64,000 bases of DNA from Nemertoderma westbladi (lineage: Eukaryota; Animalia; Xenacoelomorpha), in the NCBI GenBank assembly GCA_032718475.1, contig JAUCBJ010000648.1:62001-126000 (forward strand), in the 5' to 3' direction. Shown in pieces: positions 26,101-37,675 of this stretch. The first letter of the stretch is position 1. Each line of letters opens with the position of its first letter. The position numbers were made by a program, and so were the translations under genes. The notes beneath the pieces are model-generated. The model was not told where the DNA came from, did no database searches, and saw nothing but the letters and a program-made list of their open reading frames with translations.

Positions 26101-26363
26101 GATTCTTGAAGTTGGAAGACGTCTACTTACTGATATCCAGAGATGCAGTAGTCGAGACGCGTTCGAAATACACGGACCAACATATCGTAGCAGAAGGAAT
26201 CACCTTACCATCCTCGAACCGACAAAAACCCCAAACAACATCCACCAAGACGGCCACTTACGCCACATCAACAGAAACCCGACAATTTTCAGACGGTAAT
26301 AGAGTATCCGCACCCATTGGAACCAAACAGACCCGACAGCAACTGAGCACAGACTTTAGCGGT
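23166..26363 (+). pseudogene. Element B gag, 5' part
   Basis: ORFs 23166 and 23571 share a frame with one TAA at 23550-23552; KFAARQGLPVQQPPKFSGN shared with A; interrupted by C at ...DFSG. Confidence 0.9.
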
Positions 26364-27605
26364 TGTAAAAGCTTCTGTGGGATATAACTGGCCCTTTTGC
26401 TTCGCAATCCAGTTTCCCCCCAGGCGCTGGAATACTCTAAAAGGCTCTCTAACTATATATATATTCCCCTCGCCCGCAAGGTACCGTTATAGGTGTTTTA
26501 ACGGACATAAAAGTCATTCTTCTATATACGTGCTTTGGAGGACATGGTAAGGCAAAAAACCCGCAATGCACCAAATACCCTTACACAGCTTAGCCTGGAT
26601 GATTCAGATTGCGACATCTAACAGCTGGTTGCTGACATGGAAACGGCCATTGGACACATGGTTCTTTGTTTAGCTTAAGCCAATCAGAGCGATTTTTTCT
26701 GTCGATGTGGAGATATTCGGCCGATCATACTAGGAGTGTTCAGTCGTACTGTTTTGGTGATACTGTTGTGTTGTTGCTATCTAGGCCAGGAACACCGGCT
26801 CTAGAGTCAACTCGTTTTCATACTTTAGAAGAAACATTAGTAGGCTTAAGATTATAGAGCGTATAACTGTTATCAACTCACATATCGGTCCAGTCAAACA
26901 GTGTTAACATCTTAACCTACCGTCTTAATGCTATTTACTGTTGTGTTTTGATTGAATATTATTTGGAGAACATTTATAAAGAACCCAAATTTCCCAATTT
27001 TCTTGATACACTACAGGTTAGAGAGAAGGGTTATATATAGCGATTGCGACTTATATTATTGTGTTTGTAGTGAATTTAATGCTATTTGATAAGCACTACA
27101 TGGGTTCGTTGCTGTTCTCTTTATATATGATAAAATTCATTGACGGTCGGCAAATTAGTGAGCAGTATTGTGTGTTACCGGTAGTGTGCATGATTGTGAC
27201 TGATAACTAAGCATTTCCTAAAGAATGTGCCTCATACGTAAATCATAAGCCTTACCGACTTACCGTTGTGATTAGTATAAGTCATATCTCTGTTTACCTA
27301 GATAGAGCGCCACGTCCTAAAGGAACTGTTAATATTTCCCGAAAGTGAATAATATTGGTCAGAAATTATTTATTAACGATCAATCGAATAATACAGTAAG
27401 CTTACACTGCAATAATAATCTAAGCCCTCCGAATCCAGTCTCCCGGGTATATCCAGCGGGTGAATGGACGCGCACTAGGCTGGCTTCTGCTAATGTTGTG
27501 TTTATTGGTATTAAATATTTGTCATCTTCTAAAGTCTATTTATAAACCAAAAGACATATAAATTTTGGCAGGTTAAACTGCTAAAGGTCTTCAAAAGCGC
27601 GTACA
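26364..27605 (+). repeat. 5' LTR of C (1242 bp, TGT...ACA)
   Basis: Matches 37676-38917 with about 8 substitutions. Confidence 0.96.
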
Positions 27606-27616
27606 ATAACAGTTAT
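27606..27616 (+). promoter_or_regulatory. Putative self-complementary primer-binding site of C
   Basis: ATAACAGTTAT directly after the LTR; reverse complement ATAACTGTTAT at 26863-26873. Confidence 0.7.
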
Positions 27617-27949
27617 TGTCTTTATTGCAGTAAGCAATAAAGTTGAAAGTACCGGTCGACCGGTAAACCTGAACCGGTACTTCTGTAGGTCAGTAGGCCC
27701 AACTGCCAGAACCGGTACTTCTGTAGGTCCGTAGGCCCAACTGTCCTAACCGGTACTTCCAGTATAAGTACATTAGTATTATTCGATTTTGATTATTGCA
27801 TACCGGTAGGCTGTTTAAGAGATTAGGGACTGTACACCCCTTGTTTCTTTTGGAGCTTACTTATTTCTGTCAGTTTTATTTACATGTAAGTTAATATTGA
27901 GCTGAAGACGTGTAAGTCTGCTCAGATTGTTCAGATAATTGTAGGCCGG

Positions 27950-28460
27950 ACTGTTGTTAGATTGTTGTTGGGTTTGGAGAGATTGCGGCGTGTGTAGAGT
28001 TTGTCCGATAGAGTGCCAGTTAGTAAGTTGGGGCAGCCATAGCTGTAAGGTCAATCCCCTCTTAAAGAATAAGTCGTACTACCGTGTTAGAATGCATACT
28101 AACTAACCATTTTGGAATCTGCACATACTGTAGTTTATTTAGGCTTGACAGTATTCTGCCAACGTTTTGGCCTGTGTTTGTTTGTGTGGTCTGTTCAGGT
28201 ACCGTAATAGTTATTACTCAGATATTTTGTAGGCTGGATTGTTGTCTAGCTATTATTAGGTCTGAAGAGATTGCTGCGTGTGTAGAGTTTGTCCGATAGA
28301 GTGCCAGTTAGTAAGTTGGGGCAGCCATAGCTGTAAGGTCAATCCCCTCTTAAAGAATAAGTCGTACTACCGTGTTAGAACGCATACTAACTAACCATTT
28401 TGGAATCTACACATACTGTAGTTTATTTAGGCTTGGTGGTAGTCTGCCAGCGTTTGGTTT
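27950..28460 (+). repeat. Duplication with a period of about 290 bp in the 2.2-kb leader of C
   Basis: GCGTGTGTAGAGTTTGTCCGATAGAGTGCC...TTTAGGCTTG occurs at about 27987 and 28276. Confidence 0.85.
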
Positions 28461-29801
28461 GTATTTTGTTTGAGTATTCTGTATGGGTAGCGTAATATTT
28501 ATTATTCAGAGTTTATGCGATTATTCGCAACATTCATGTCCCCAAGTTTATTCCTACAGTAATTGTGTTTGTTACACATACCGTTATAGTTAAATTAACC
28601 CCGGTACTACACGGCTGCTTGGCGTAGGAAAAGACTGGTGACTTTGTGCTTCGGTCACTCCAGCAGATGCCGTGGTTCTTTTAACTGTTCAAGTATATTT
28701 AACTACTGATTATTTGTTGTACCAGTACTTGTACCTAATTTAGGGTTTAGTGTACAGTGCTTTCCGAGGTAATTAGTGTGTAGGCAGTATATTTGTGTTG
28801 TAAAGTGGTTAATAGGCACGCTGGATCTGGTAGTCCGCGGTAATTAACTTCTAGGTAGGAACACTCCGTGATACATAACGTAGTACCTATAGCGATACGG
28901 TTATAGGTCGTCAGGCGGTGGTATCTTCCTATCTGGACAACGCAGTGTATTTACTACTACTTATTATTTTCAAATACCGTAGTACCCTGTCCGTTGTAAT
29001 AACCAGAATTCTAACCCTTTGTTAGGCTGGTTTGTAGACTTCCTGTAAAATTACCCTAAAATTTCGTACGTAATATTTTTGTTGTGTTTAATTAGAGATT
29101 TAATCTCACCCGTATCGTAAGTAATTTGTAGTATTAAGTAACTTAGGTAAATTAGAATTATCTGTTTTAGTGTCCCATAGGTAGCACTTCACTGAGAGCG
29201 CACAGCTTCTGTGTAGTGACTCCCCCAGAAATAATAACATTTATTTCAAATATTGACAAAACCCCTTTTAAACGGGTATATATCTATTATAAATCAACTC
29301 AAACGATTTATAAATAGTAGGCCTGCCATACAACAACTAGGTCTCAAAATCAGTTGGACTACTGCTTAAATAACGGTAACAAAGTAATTTAAAGTAACCA
29401 AGTAACCCTAAAATATTCAGAAATTCAATTATTCTAAAAATAATTGACATACCGGTATTTACCATAGGCTTATTATATTTATTTCAACAAATTTGAGCTG
29501 AAATCATACCAGTATTCTGTAATTAATTCTAGTTCATAATTATACTTATATATACTATAAGTGTACGCTGTATACCGGTATTCACGATAGGCCTATTATA
29601 TATTTATATATATTTGTGCTAAAATTATATACCGGTACTTTGTGACAAACCTAGTTTACAATCCTTATATATACTATAAGTGTATACCGGTATTCTAATC
29701 TACTGTAATAAATTACCGGTACTAGGCCAACGGTCATACTGAATTACTAGACTTGCTTTAACTGTAACTATAGCAGTAGGCATTCAACCGTATAGCTAAA
29801 C

Positions 29802-32800
29802 ATGTCTGACACTCAGCAAAACCTGTCAGACAGTCTAATTGATACAACCATCTGTGACACAGATAGGAATGTGGAGCAATTAAGAAAAGAGTTCAGCTCA
29901 CCTCCTACTGAAAGAAAGGTCATCCCTCCAGTAGTAGTATCAGACCCTAAGCTAATCCAACACCGTAGGTCTATCATCGGCACTCGGGCCCAAGTCAAAC
30001 GGAACCAGGAAGCAGCTGTCCCACAGCAGCAACAGCCTAGTCAAGAAACTTGTTCCCAGCGATCCGATAGCTCCAGTAGTTCGGATACTGTCGAGCTGAC
30101 CCCTGAACGCGGATTGCAGATGGCGGCTAAAGCCTACTCGGACCCCCTTCTCACCCTTCCTGCCGCAGTACTAACTACTATATTGATTGCGGTGGAGGAA
30201 CATCAAGCCGATTGGGCGAGAAGTAAGCGAGCGACCCAAGATAATTATGCGGGATACGCCAGGGAAGAATTGATGTCTATTGTCGAGTCACAATGGAACT
30301 TTCCCGGACCCGGACTCCCGTTAGATTTGTCCGAAGCTACTTGGGAAGATATACACAGGATGGGAGTGACTAAAGATACAATGGATCCAGCTGTTTGGAA
30401 GAGGTCGGCAGCAGGATATGTGCAGGGATTCTTCGGCTCCTTGGAGCGATTAGAAGAACAACTGTTTCGACAACCCCAAGGACCTCAAGAGCAGGAAGAG
30501 CTGCTATATCAAGTACGCGAAAGAACCCTACGCATTAGATTAATCCTATCAGCCTTTGAGGAAACTTCCAAAAGAAGACAGGACACGTCGCTACAGGTTG
30601 CTGTCAAAACTTGGTTCCAGCGGGTAGGTCTCAAAGTACAAGAAACGGACCAGTGGAAATCCCAGCTGTCTGAGAGACTAACCTATGAAGAACCAACCGA
30701 TGCCACCCTTTCTCAAGTGGAAGGCGAAGAGACCGCAGAGAGACCACGAATGAGAGACGCCATCGACATTTATCTGTCCGACTATCAGCGATTCCTAGGA
30801 GACGAAGAGTTGAGGAGACGGCTGTCTGGACTTTCCCCTAATAGTGAAGGAACCCAGCGTGTGTTAGACTCAATCGATGCTGAAATGTTAGCTGCTAACC
30901 AAGCTGAATTTGATGAAAAACTCCGCCTCACTAGAGTCCAAGAAGAACAAATAAAGAAAAAGCGGATAGAGGACCGAAAGGCAGCTGCGGTAACAGAGGC
31001 AATGGCCAAAGTGGAAGCGGAAAGAAAGGCAGCGGCGGCAGAAGCAGAAGTAGAAAGAAAGGCAGCGGCGGCAGAAGCAGAAGCAGAAAGAAAGGCAGCG
31101 GCAGCAGAAGCAGAAGTAGAAAGAAAGGCAGCGGCGGCAGAAGCAGAAGCAGAAAGAAAGGCAGCGGCGGCAGAAGCAGAAGCAGAAAGAAAAGCAGCAA
31201 AGGCAGTGGCAGAAGCAGAACGGAGAGCCTCTGAGGAGACTACCCAACTGGAGTTGGAAAATCTGCAAGAGACGCAAGACAACATAAATAAACAGTTAAC
31301 TGCTAGTCACATGCAGATGATGAGAAGATCTACTCCCAAACGCCAGGGATATATGTCATCGGAGGAAAGCGAAACCACCGATCCTGAAGGCGGAGGAAAT
31401 AGATCTAGTCTAAGCAGGCGTAGAAAAACATCTTACCGTTACAAATTGCCTGATTTGCCCCCAGCTGTGAGAAGACAACTAGCTAGCACAGACTTAAGTA
31501 GAATAGAACCTACAGACCAAATTATTAAGGTCAAAAAACTCCCTACTATAGTTGATGAGCCTGAAATAATTAGGCCTGTCGTTACCAAAGGCACTCCTGT
31601 GCTAGAGACCCCTGTACTTCCAGAGCTTAACTCTAAGTTCCCTTTACACAGTACTACACTGCCTGTACCCGGTAGAACAGTCCATGAGAATATCCCTGTC
31701 CTGGAAGCTGAGAGAGAAATCAAGGATTTGTCTCCCGTCGTCCCGCGTCAGCCCGCTACAATGTTGGCGACTCCCGCTTCGGCGGTCGAGTGGGTAGAGG
31801 AGGGACGGTGGGGGATGAATCTCCTGCTCGGACAGATGCAGGAGACTGTCCACCAACTTAAGGGAACAGTAAGGGAAGGTAGGGCCGAATTGCAAGAAGT
31901 GCAGCAAAGTATCGCTCTAGAACACGACAAATTAGTCAATATACAAAAAGCGATACCAATACCCCCTGTAACATTGTGTCAACCTGTTAGGTCTGAAGTA
32001 TTACATGCGCAAGTTGTGGAGCCTACACGCATCTATACTGCTAGTGAAGTAGAAACTCCTATAGCAAACCCTATTAAGGGTGATTATAAACCTGTTGTTA
32101 ATGATATTCCCTATAGACCTGATAATGATCCGAGAAATTTATATACCGATAATTCGATATTAAATAACACGATGGCCCAAGAAAGCTTTACGCGTCAGAT
32201 GGCTAGAACAGAAGCCCGCCAAGCGGTCAAAGTGGGAGAGATCGTCAAATTCAATGGAGATGAGATGAAATGGTTACCTTTCAATGAATATTACAAAGAC
32301 AGCATACAGAACTCTGTACTATCTAACGGTGAGAAACTTAGGTTCCTCATCAAGTGCTTGGAAGGACCTCCCAAGTTAATGGCGTTAAAGTTCATTGGAC
32401 ATCCAGAAGGATTAAGACAAGTTTGGGATACATTAAACATCAGGTATGGTAACAAGGATAACATAGCTAAGTATTTGTATGCAAAATTAGTAGCCCCCCG
32501 AAACTTCCTTAGTAGCGGTATTATAGAGTTTCTCGATGAGATTCAGGAGATCTGTAGACAATTGGACTGGCTAGGTAAGTCTCATGAATATCAGAGTTCC
32601 ATGGTTATTGGAGCAGTAGTCTCTACTTTACCAAAGGGTGGAGTATGTACGCGTTGGGACAAGAAAGTGTTGTACATGAATGAACAACAACGACGAAGCC
32701 CTACCATGGCTGATCTCATGTCCTTCTTAGATAGTGAAGTAAAATTACAACTCATAAAGCAGTCCAGAGAGAAAACATCGGAAAATAAGGTAAGTGAGAA

Positions 32801-34514
32801 ACCCGTTTCTAGGAGAAGGATAATACCAGTGTGTTATACTGACGACGGCGAAAGCCAAGCTTCCCAAGAAGAGGACAGCGGGAAAGACACAGCAAAATCT
32901 TACTATGACAACAAGACCTATAAAGACGTAAGTAAATACAAGTCTCGAACCAGTGACAGGAGAGAACAGGTAACAACAACTCCTCCTACGTCTCCTAAGA
33001 GATTTCACGGAAGAAAGCCCGAAGAAAGAACGAGAGTGCATAACGTTACCCAAGGTAAGGTGAGTAACATCAAACCAAAATGTGCGCTGTGCGACGGGCC
33101 CCACCGTTTGAGTGCGTGTGCTGAATTTCTAAAGAAATCCCTTGTAGACAGACGTACAGTCCTGTGGAATAAGCGGTTATGCTATAATTGCCTCAGATCA
33201 GGACACCAACGGCGAACCTGTTACTCCGACGTAAAGTGTGCAAAGTGTGGCGCGAAACATCACATCTTGTTACACAGTGAGTTCGAACGAGACAACCCGA
33301 GTCAGGTAAGTGAGCCCGAACTACATGTCCAATTCAGTGATGTAAATGACACTGATCAAGAGTCTGAGATGGAAGGATTCTATACTGACGAATTCTCCGA
33401 CGCCAACGAATCCTGTTACCTAATAAATACCTCAGTGTATCGAGCACTTACTTATGAAAAGGACACCGACAATGAGTTCCCCCCAACTACTTTTGCCAGA
33501 CAACCATCTTGGAAAGCTCCAACTTCCAACGTAGGAATCAGAGAATTTCCTGTAGTGCAGGTAAGCGTTCATGGTCCTAACAAAAGTTACATAGTGAATG
33601 CCCTCCTTGACTCCGGCAGCACAGGAACATTCATCGATCAAGAACTAGCCGAAGATATCTTTGCTGGACAACCCAAATTCCGGACTAAATTGAATATGTT
33701 AGGAATTATGCAGGTTTGGAAATCTACCCTAACGGCAGATTACTATGTAGGTGTGTTGTCCACCCCCCAGGATAAATTAGGAGCACAAGGTATAAGGTCG
33801 GTAAAAATGGTGGCTATAAAGAACTTTGCTACTACCCAAGCAGACCTTTATAATTGGGACGAGGATGAGAGCATCCAACATCTTAAGATACCTCGATTCC
33901 AGACAGATTATCCTGGAGTGCAAATACTCATCGGCCAAAACGCGCATGAGGCGCTCGAGACATTGGAGAAACGGCCTGCTCAACCGCAGCCACTACAAAC
34001 CTATGCGGTAAGAACTAGAGTAGGTTGGTACTTCACTGGCCCTTCCCGTAGAACTCTCAAAGAGAGATTACCTCAACAACAGGTATACCAAGTAAAGGAA
34101 TGGGAAGTGGAGAGCAGTGATGTGTACGATCCAACTGAGGGAACACCATACTCCTCAGATAATGACGATATTAACTCCAATGTAGATCAATGGAGACATT
34201 GCCTTGGGACGATTAATCCAGCCGACATCGCTTCCAGAGGAGCAACTCCTCAAGAACTGATAGATACTCCAGGCTGGTTAGGTGGATCCGACTTCTTAAG
34301 TAAAGAAGAAGAAGAATGGCCTCCTCATCTTACCCCGGTGAAGATTAGACAGGCCAAGGGAGCGGAGAAAGTAACACAACAACTCAATCGCCCAGCTAGT
34401 CGTTTATGTTTACTGGAAAGAGATCGAAAACTGTCCGGAAACTATGGAAGGCAAGATACTCTTCCTACGACCACTTCCCCAATCCGACAAATATCTAGGG
34501 ACTCCATAACGTAA
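29802..34514 (+). CDS. Element C Gag-protease polyprotein (1570 aa) with a short pol remnant; RT, RNase H core and integrase absent
   Basis: KFNGDEMKWLPF, CALCDGPHRLSAC, CYNCLRSGHQRRTC, CAKCGAKHHILLH, ALLDSGS, then directly QWRHCLGTINPADIASRG. Confidence 0.92.
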   Translation: MSDTQQNLSDSLIDTTICDTDRNVEQLRKEFSSPPTERKVIPPVVVSDPKLIQHRRSIIGTRAQVKRNQEAAVPQQQQPSQETCSQRSDSSSSSDTVELTPERGLQMAAKAYSDPLLTLPAAVLTTILIAVEEHQADWARSKRATQDNYAGYAREELMSIVESQWNFPGPGLPLDLSEATWEDIHRMGVTKDTMDPAVWKRSAAGYVQGFFGSLERLEEQLFRQPQGPQEQEELLYQVRERTLRIRLILSAFEETSKRRQDTSLQVAVKTWFQRVGLKVQETDQWKSQLSERLTYEEPTDATLSQVEGEETAERPRMRDAIDIYLSDYQRFLGDEELRRRLSGLSPNSEGTQRVLDSIDAEMLAANQAEFDEKLRLTRVQEEQIKKKRIEDRKAAAVTEAMAKVEAERKAAAAEAEVERKAAAAEAEAERKAAAAEAEVERKAAAAEAEAERKAAAAEAEAERKAAKAVAEAERRASEETTQLELENLQETQDNINKQLTASHMQMMRRSTPKRQGYMSSEESETTDPEGGGNRSSLSRRRKTSYRYKLPDLPPAVRRQLASTDLSRIEPTDQIIKVKKLPTIVDEPEIIRPVVTKGTPVLETPVLPELNSKFPLHSTTLPVPGRTVHENIPVLEAEREIKDLSPVVPRQPATMLATPASAVEWVEEGRWGMNLLLGQMQETVHQLKGTVREGRAELQEVQQSIALEHDKLVNIQKAIPIPPVTLCQPVRSEVLHAQVVEPTRIYTASEVETPIANPIKGDYKPVVNDIPYRPDNDPRNLYTDNSILNNTMAQESFTRQMARTEARQAVKVGEIVKFNGDEMKWLPFNEYYKDSIQNSVLSNGEKLRFLIKCLEGPPKLMALKFIGHPEGLRQVWDTLNIRYGNKDNIAKYLYAKLVAPRNFLSSGIIEFLDEIQEICRQLDWLGKSHEYQSSMVIGAVVSTLPKGGVCTRWDKKVLYMNEQQRRSPTMADLMSFLDSEVKLQLIKQSREKTSENKVSEKPVSRRRIIPVCYTDDGESQASQEEDSGKDTAKSYYDNKTYKDVSKYKSRTSDRREQVTTTPPTSPKRFHGRKPEERTRVHNVTQGKVSNIKPKCALCDGPHRLSACAEFLKKSLVDRRTVLWNKRLCYNCLRSGHQRRTCYSDVKCAKCGAKHHILLHSEFERDNPSQVSEPELHVQFSDVNDTDQESEMEGFYTDEFSDANESCYLINTSVYRALTYEKDTDNEFPPTTFARQPSWKAPTSNVGIREFPVVQVSVHGPNKSYIVNALLDSGSTGTFIDQELAEDIFAGQPKFRTKLNMLGIMQVWKSTLTADYYVGVLSTPQDKLGAQGIRSVKMVAIKNFATTQADLYNWDEDESIQHLKIPRFQTDYPGVQILIGQNAHEALETLEKRPAQPQPLQTYAVRTRVGWYFTGPSRRTLKERLPQQQVYQVKEWEVESSDVYDPTEGTPYSSDNDDINSNVDQWRHCLGTINPADIASRGATPQELIDTPGWLGGSDFLSKEEEEWPPHLTPVKIRQAKGAEKVTQQLNRPASRLCLLERDRKLSGNYGRQDTLPTTTSPIRQISRDSIT

Positions 34515-36150
34515 TAACATATGGAGTGGGCGTGTGACTATATCATTTTATATTTGTTTGTATTTTATATTTATGTATGTATTATTATGTAATTTTATTA
34601 TAATCGTTTTTCTTTAATTTTATTTAGTAGAATGTTATTTTAGTGATTATTTAGTAGATTAGTGCAATATATTAGTGTTTATTACGTACGTAATTACTTA
34701 TAATATACATTTAGTGCGACGGCGAGAAAATAATTATTTTTCTCTTTCCTTACTGTCCGTATCATATTATAAATACGTGACTACAGTAAGATGAAATGTC
34801 CGTACTTATTAAAGTACAATAAAGCCACTACTATATTCAATGTATTATTGGTAGGCAGAGTATTAGGAATGCAAAGTTCAGATCCTCGTGTCTCGGCTAA
34901 ACCAAGTTCTGGGTAGACCTTGGAAACGACTTGCCTCTTCACACTGACATTGCTTCGTGCGATATTGCTCTTCTACCTTATATTAAATAATGCATATAGT
35001 AGCGTGATGTCCATATAACAGTAGCGTAAAACGCAAATAAATCTGTTAAACCTTTTGACCATCTGTAATTCTAGTCGATTAAGATATCGCGGCACCCACC
35101 GATATACTTGAAAGACAAATTCTAGAATCAGTGGTTAACGTCCCCAGACAAGTTCTGGAATAAATCGGTGCCTATCTTAAATATTAATTTAATATTTATT
35201 AAAATCTGTAAAATTCAGATCCTTTAAAATTTCTAGTCAATTAAGATATCGCAGCACTTACCGATACTCTTAAAAGACAATTTGCATAGAATTAAGGATC
35301 CTCAGTCCCCAGACATGCTCTGGAATAAAAATTGTGTCAATCTTAACATCAAATAATAAAATTCACGGGAATAAATTTAAATTCATATTTTTTAAATGAA
35401 TTTCATAAATTGTCATTTTGCGCAATTTATAACATTCCCAAAATTCCATTAATTAATAGATCACGGGAGCGGAGATTCATCCTATTGAGTGCATTAGAGT
35501 GCGAGAATCTCCAACATATAGTCAATAGCCGATAAAATTAATAAAATCATACATAAAGAGGATATTGACAATTAAAGAATTATTATTAAATAGCATCCCA
35601 GATCTGTATGCATGAGAATTACCCTAATTCTACCGCTAGCATTCCATAATGTCACCATAGCAACACCCACGCTAGAATTATAAGCAAGTTAAAAGAACAA
35701 TAGAAAGCTTGTCCCATTGCATAGCATAGAGAATACATAGCACACTGTTAGTATCCAAGGATACACAGTAATAACGTGACATTCTGGAAGGCACTGACTA
35801 ACGGACAAATGGCCTGTATGTGTACAATTGGTGACAGTTGTGTGGAATTTGTGCGTTTATAGGTGAATGTTACTGCTAAAGTATGTTTACAGTAGCTAGT
35901 CGCAATTGTGAAAGTAACCCAACTCTCCTATAGAAAGAACCTAAAGTGGATTCAAGCCTTTGGGACGGACAGTGGAGTGACTTGTGCCGGTTATCGTTGT
36001 CGTGCTGTTGCTACATGTTGGCGTAAACACCGCGACAACGGTACATCGGCGCTGAGAATCCCACTGTCCGGGGGCAAAGAGAGGTGGGCAGCGACGTCCG
36101 CTCGCCTAAACATAAACTCATTTCGATATTAATAAACTCAGATAGCAGAT

Positions 36151-37649
36151 ATGACGGAGTTGATAGAAGATGATCTTGGTATCAGTGAGCGATATACTCT
36201 ACCTTTACAAGCATTTGTGGATAGCTTGATACGCGGTGAAGCCGATCCGACTATTACGGAGGACGATGGTCGTTATATCGAACCGCCGATGTCCCAAGAG
36301 CAACTTACGCGTGAATTGGACTATCGAAAATTCACCGCTCGCTATACGCATCGTAATAGTACGTATATGGACTTCCTAACTACCGGCCATCCTATCGATT
36401 TACATGATACGGACGATGTAGACACCGAAAGGGAAATGGTTCTATTTAAATATCATACCCAGCGTAGTCGTAACGATAAACCGAGAATAGATCACGAAAA
36501 TTCTATTCGTAACAGACTGGGAAGACGAACCAATATGCCTAGAATCTAAAGAGATTCAGCCTATCGCGCCCGGAACAGCGACAACGATTACATCCTAGAA
36601 TGGTATCAAGGTCCACAGTGTCTCACTGCGTACGATTATCGACATGCCAACTATGTTTCTAGGCAACGTTGTCGGTTATGCGCATCGAGAGACCATGATA
36701 CGCCCATGGACACAAACGTCCGCTGTTCCTATTTCCACGAACAACCGGTGATGGAAATTTATTGCGCGTATTGCAGACTCAATAACTTGCACATTTTTGC
36801 GGTTTGCCCTCAATTTATGACTCAATCTCACCATTGTCAACTAAAGGGACACGCCAGTTTCGATTGCCCTTTTAATCACGATTTGGAAAGCGTAGATGAA
36901 ATGATCACACTACGTTACATCAGAGCTTGGGAAGCGAACGCTGATTTACATTGTGATTCGCGCCATCGTTATTATCCTGGACGCGCTTACGAAGGAATTT
37001 ATGCGTTCCATCCTTATCTATTCGCTTCTGCCGAACAGAAATCACGCATATCGAGTTACGAACTACGAAGCGCGTCGGAGAATGTATTTCAACCAAATTC
37101 GTACGCAAATTTCTCAGGAGTGTTAATCCTAGCGACCTTCATTCCTATAACTTAATCAATTATATCCGTCAGGATCCGGACTATGGAGACTTATTTGTTA
37201 ACTCACACCCCGAGTTACAGGAAGTGTATCGACGACCTTACGAATACCGAGCCCGTGAACGCGAGTTGGAAAGAACCATTAAACCCAGGAGGTTTCTGAC
37301 TGCCTATGGTCCACCCACGGCTCTCGTTCAGACCACTCGTAAAGGACCCGTCAGAGCGGCTGTCCTAAAACGCGCTCTCAAGGCCGTTAAACCCCTCTCC
37401 CCCGACGTTGATGTCAATCAACCCGGCACTTCGACTGGCGGATACACCGACCATAATCCTACACCCTCTGATGCAATCATATTGCACCCTTCACCCAGGA
37501 GTTATAGCCCTCCTTGTAAAGTGGCTCGCCCAAAGAGAAAAGGACTCTGGCTAGCTTTAAAAAACTGCGTAAACGCCGTCCGCGCAAGAAAGACTAACTG
37601 TTTAGAGTATTTACGTATATTAGAAACTGTGATTTTGTATATTTTATAG
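36151..37649 (+). pseudogene. Element C extra ORF (env position): zinc-knuckle protein homologous to the C-terminal half of B ORF2
   Basis: 36151 and 36706 are in one frame with a single TAA at 36547-36549; CRLC..RDH, CAYC...H...C, HCQLKGHASFDC, WEANADLH...YPGRAYEGIYAFHP. Confidence 0.75.
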
Positions 37650-37666
37650 ACTCAAATCCCATTTTC

Positions 37667-37675
37667 TGGGAGCGG
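37667..37675 (+). promoter_or_regulatory. Polypurine tract of C
   Basis: TGGGAGCGG abuts the 3' LTR. Confidence 0.8.

Noticed and set aside
26357-26363. C target site AGCGGT resembling the PPT/LTR junction, suggesting targeting
   Set aside because: Single case; B's target ATGAG is unrelated.
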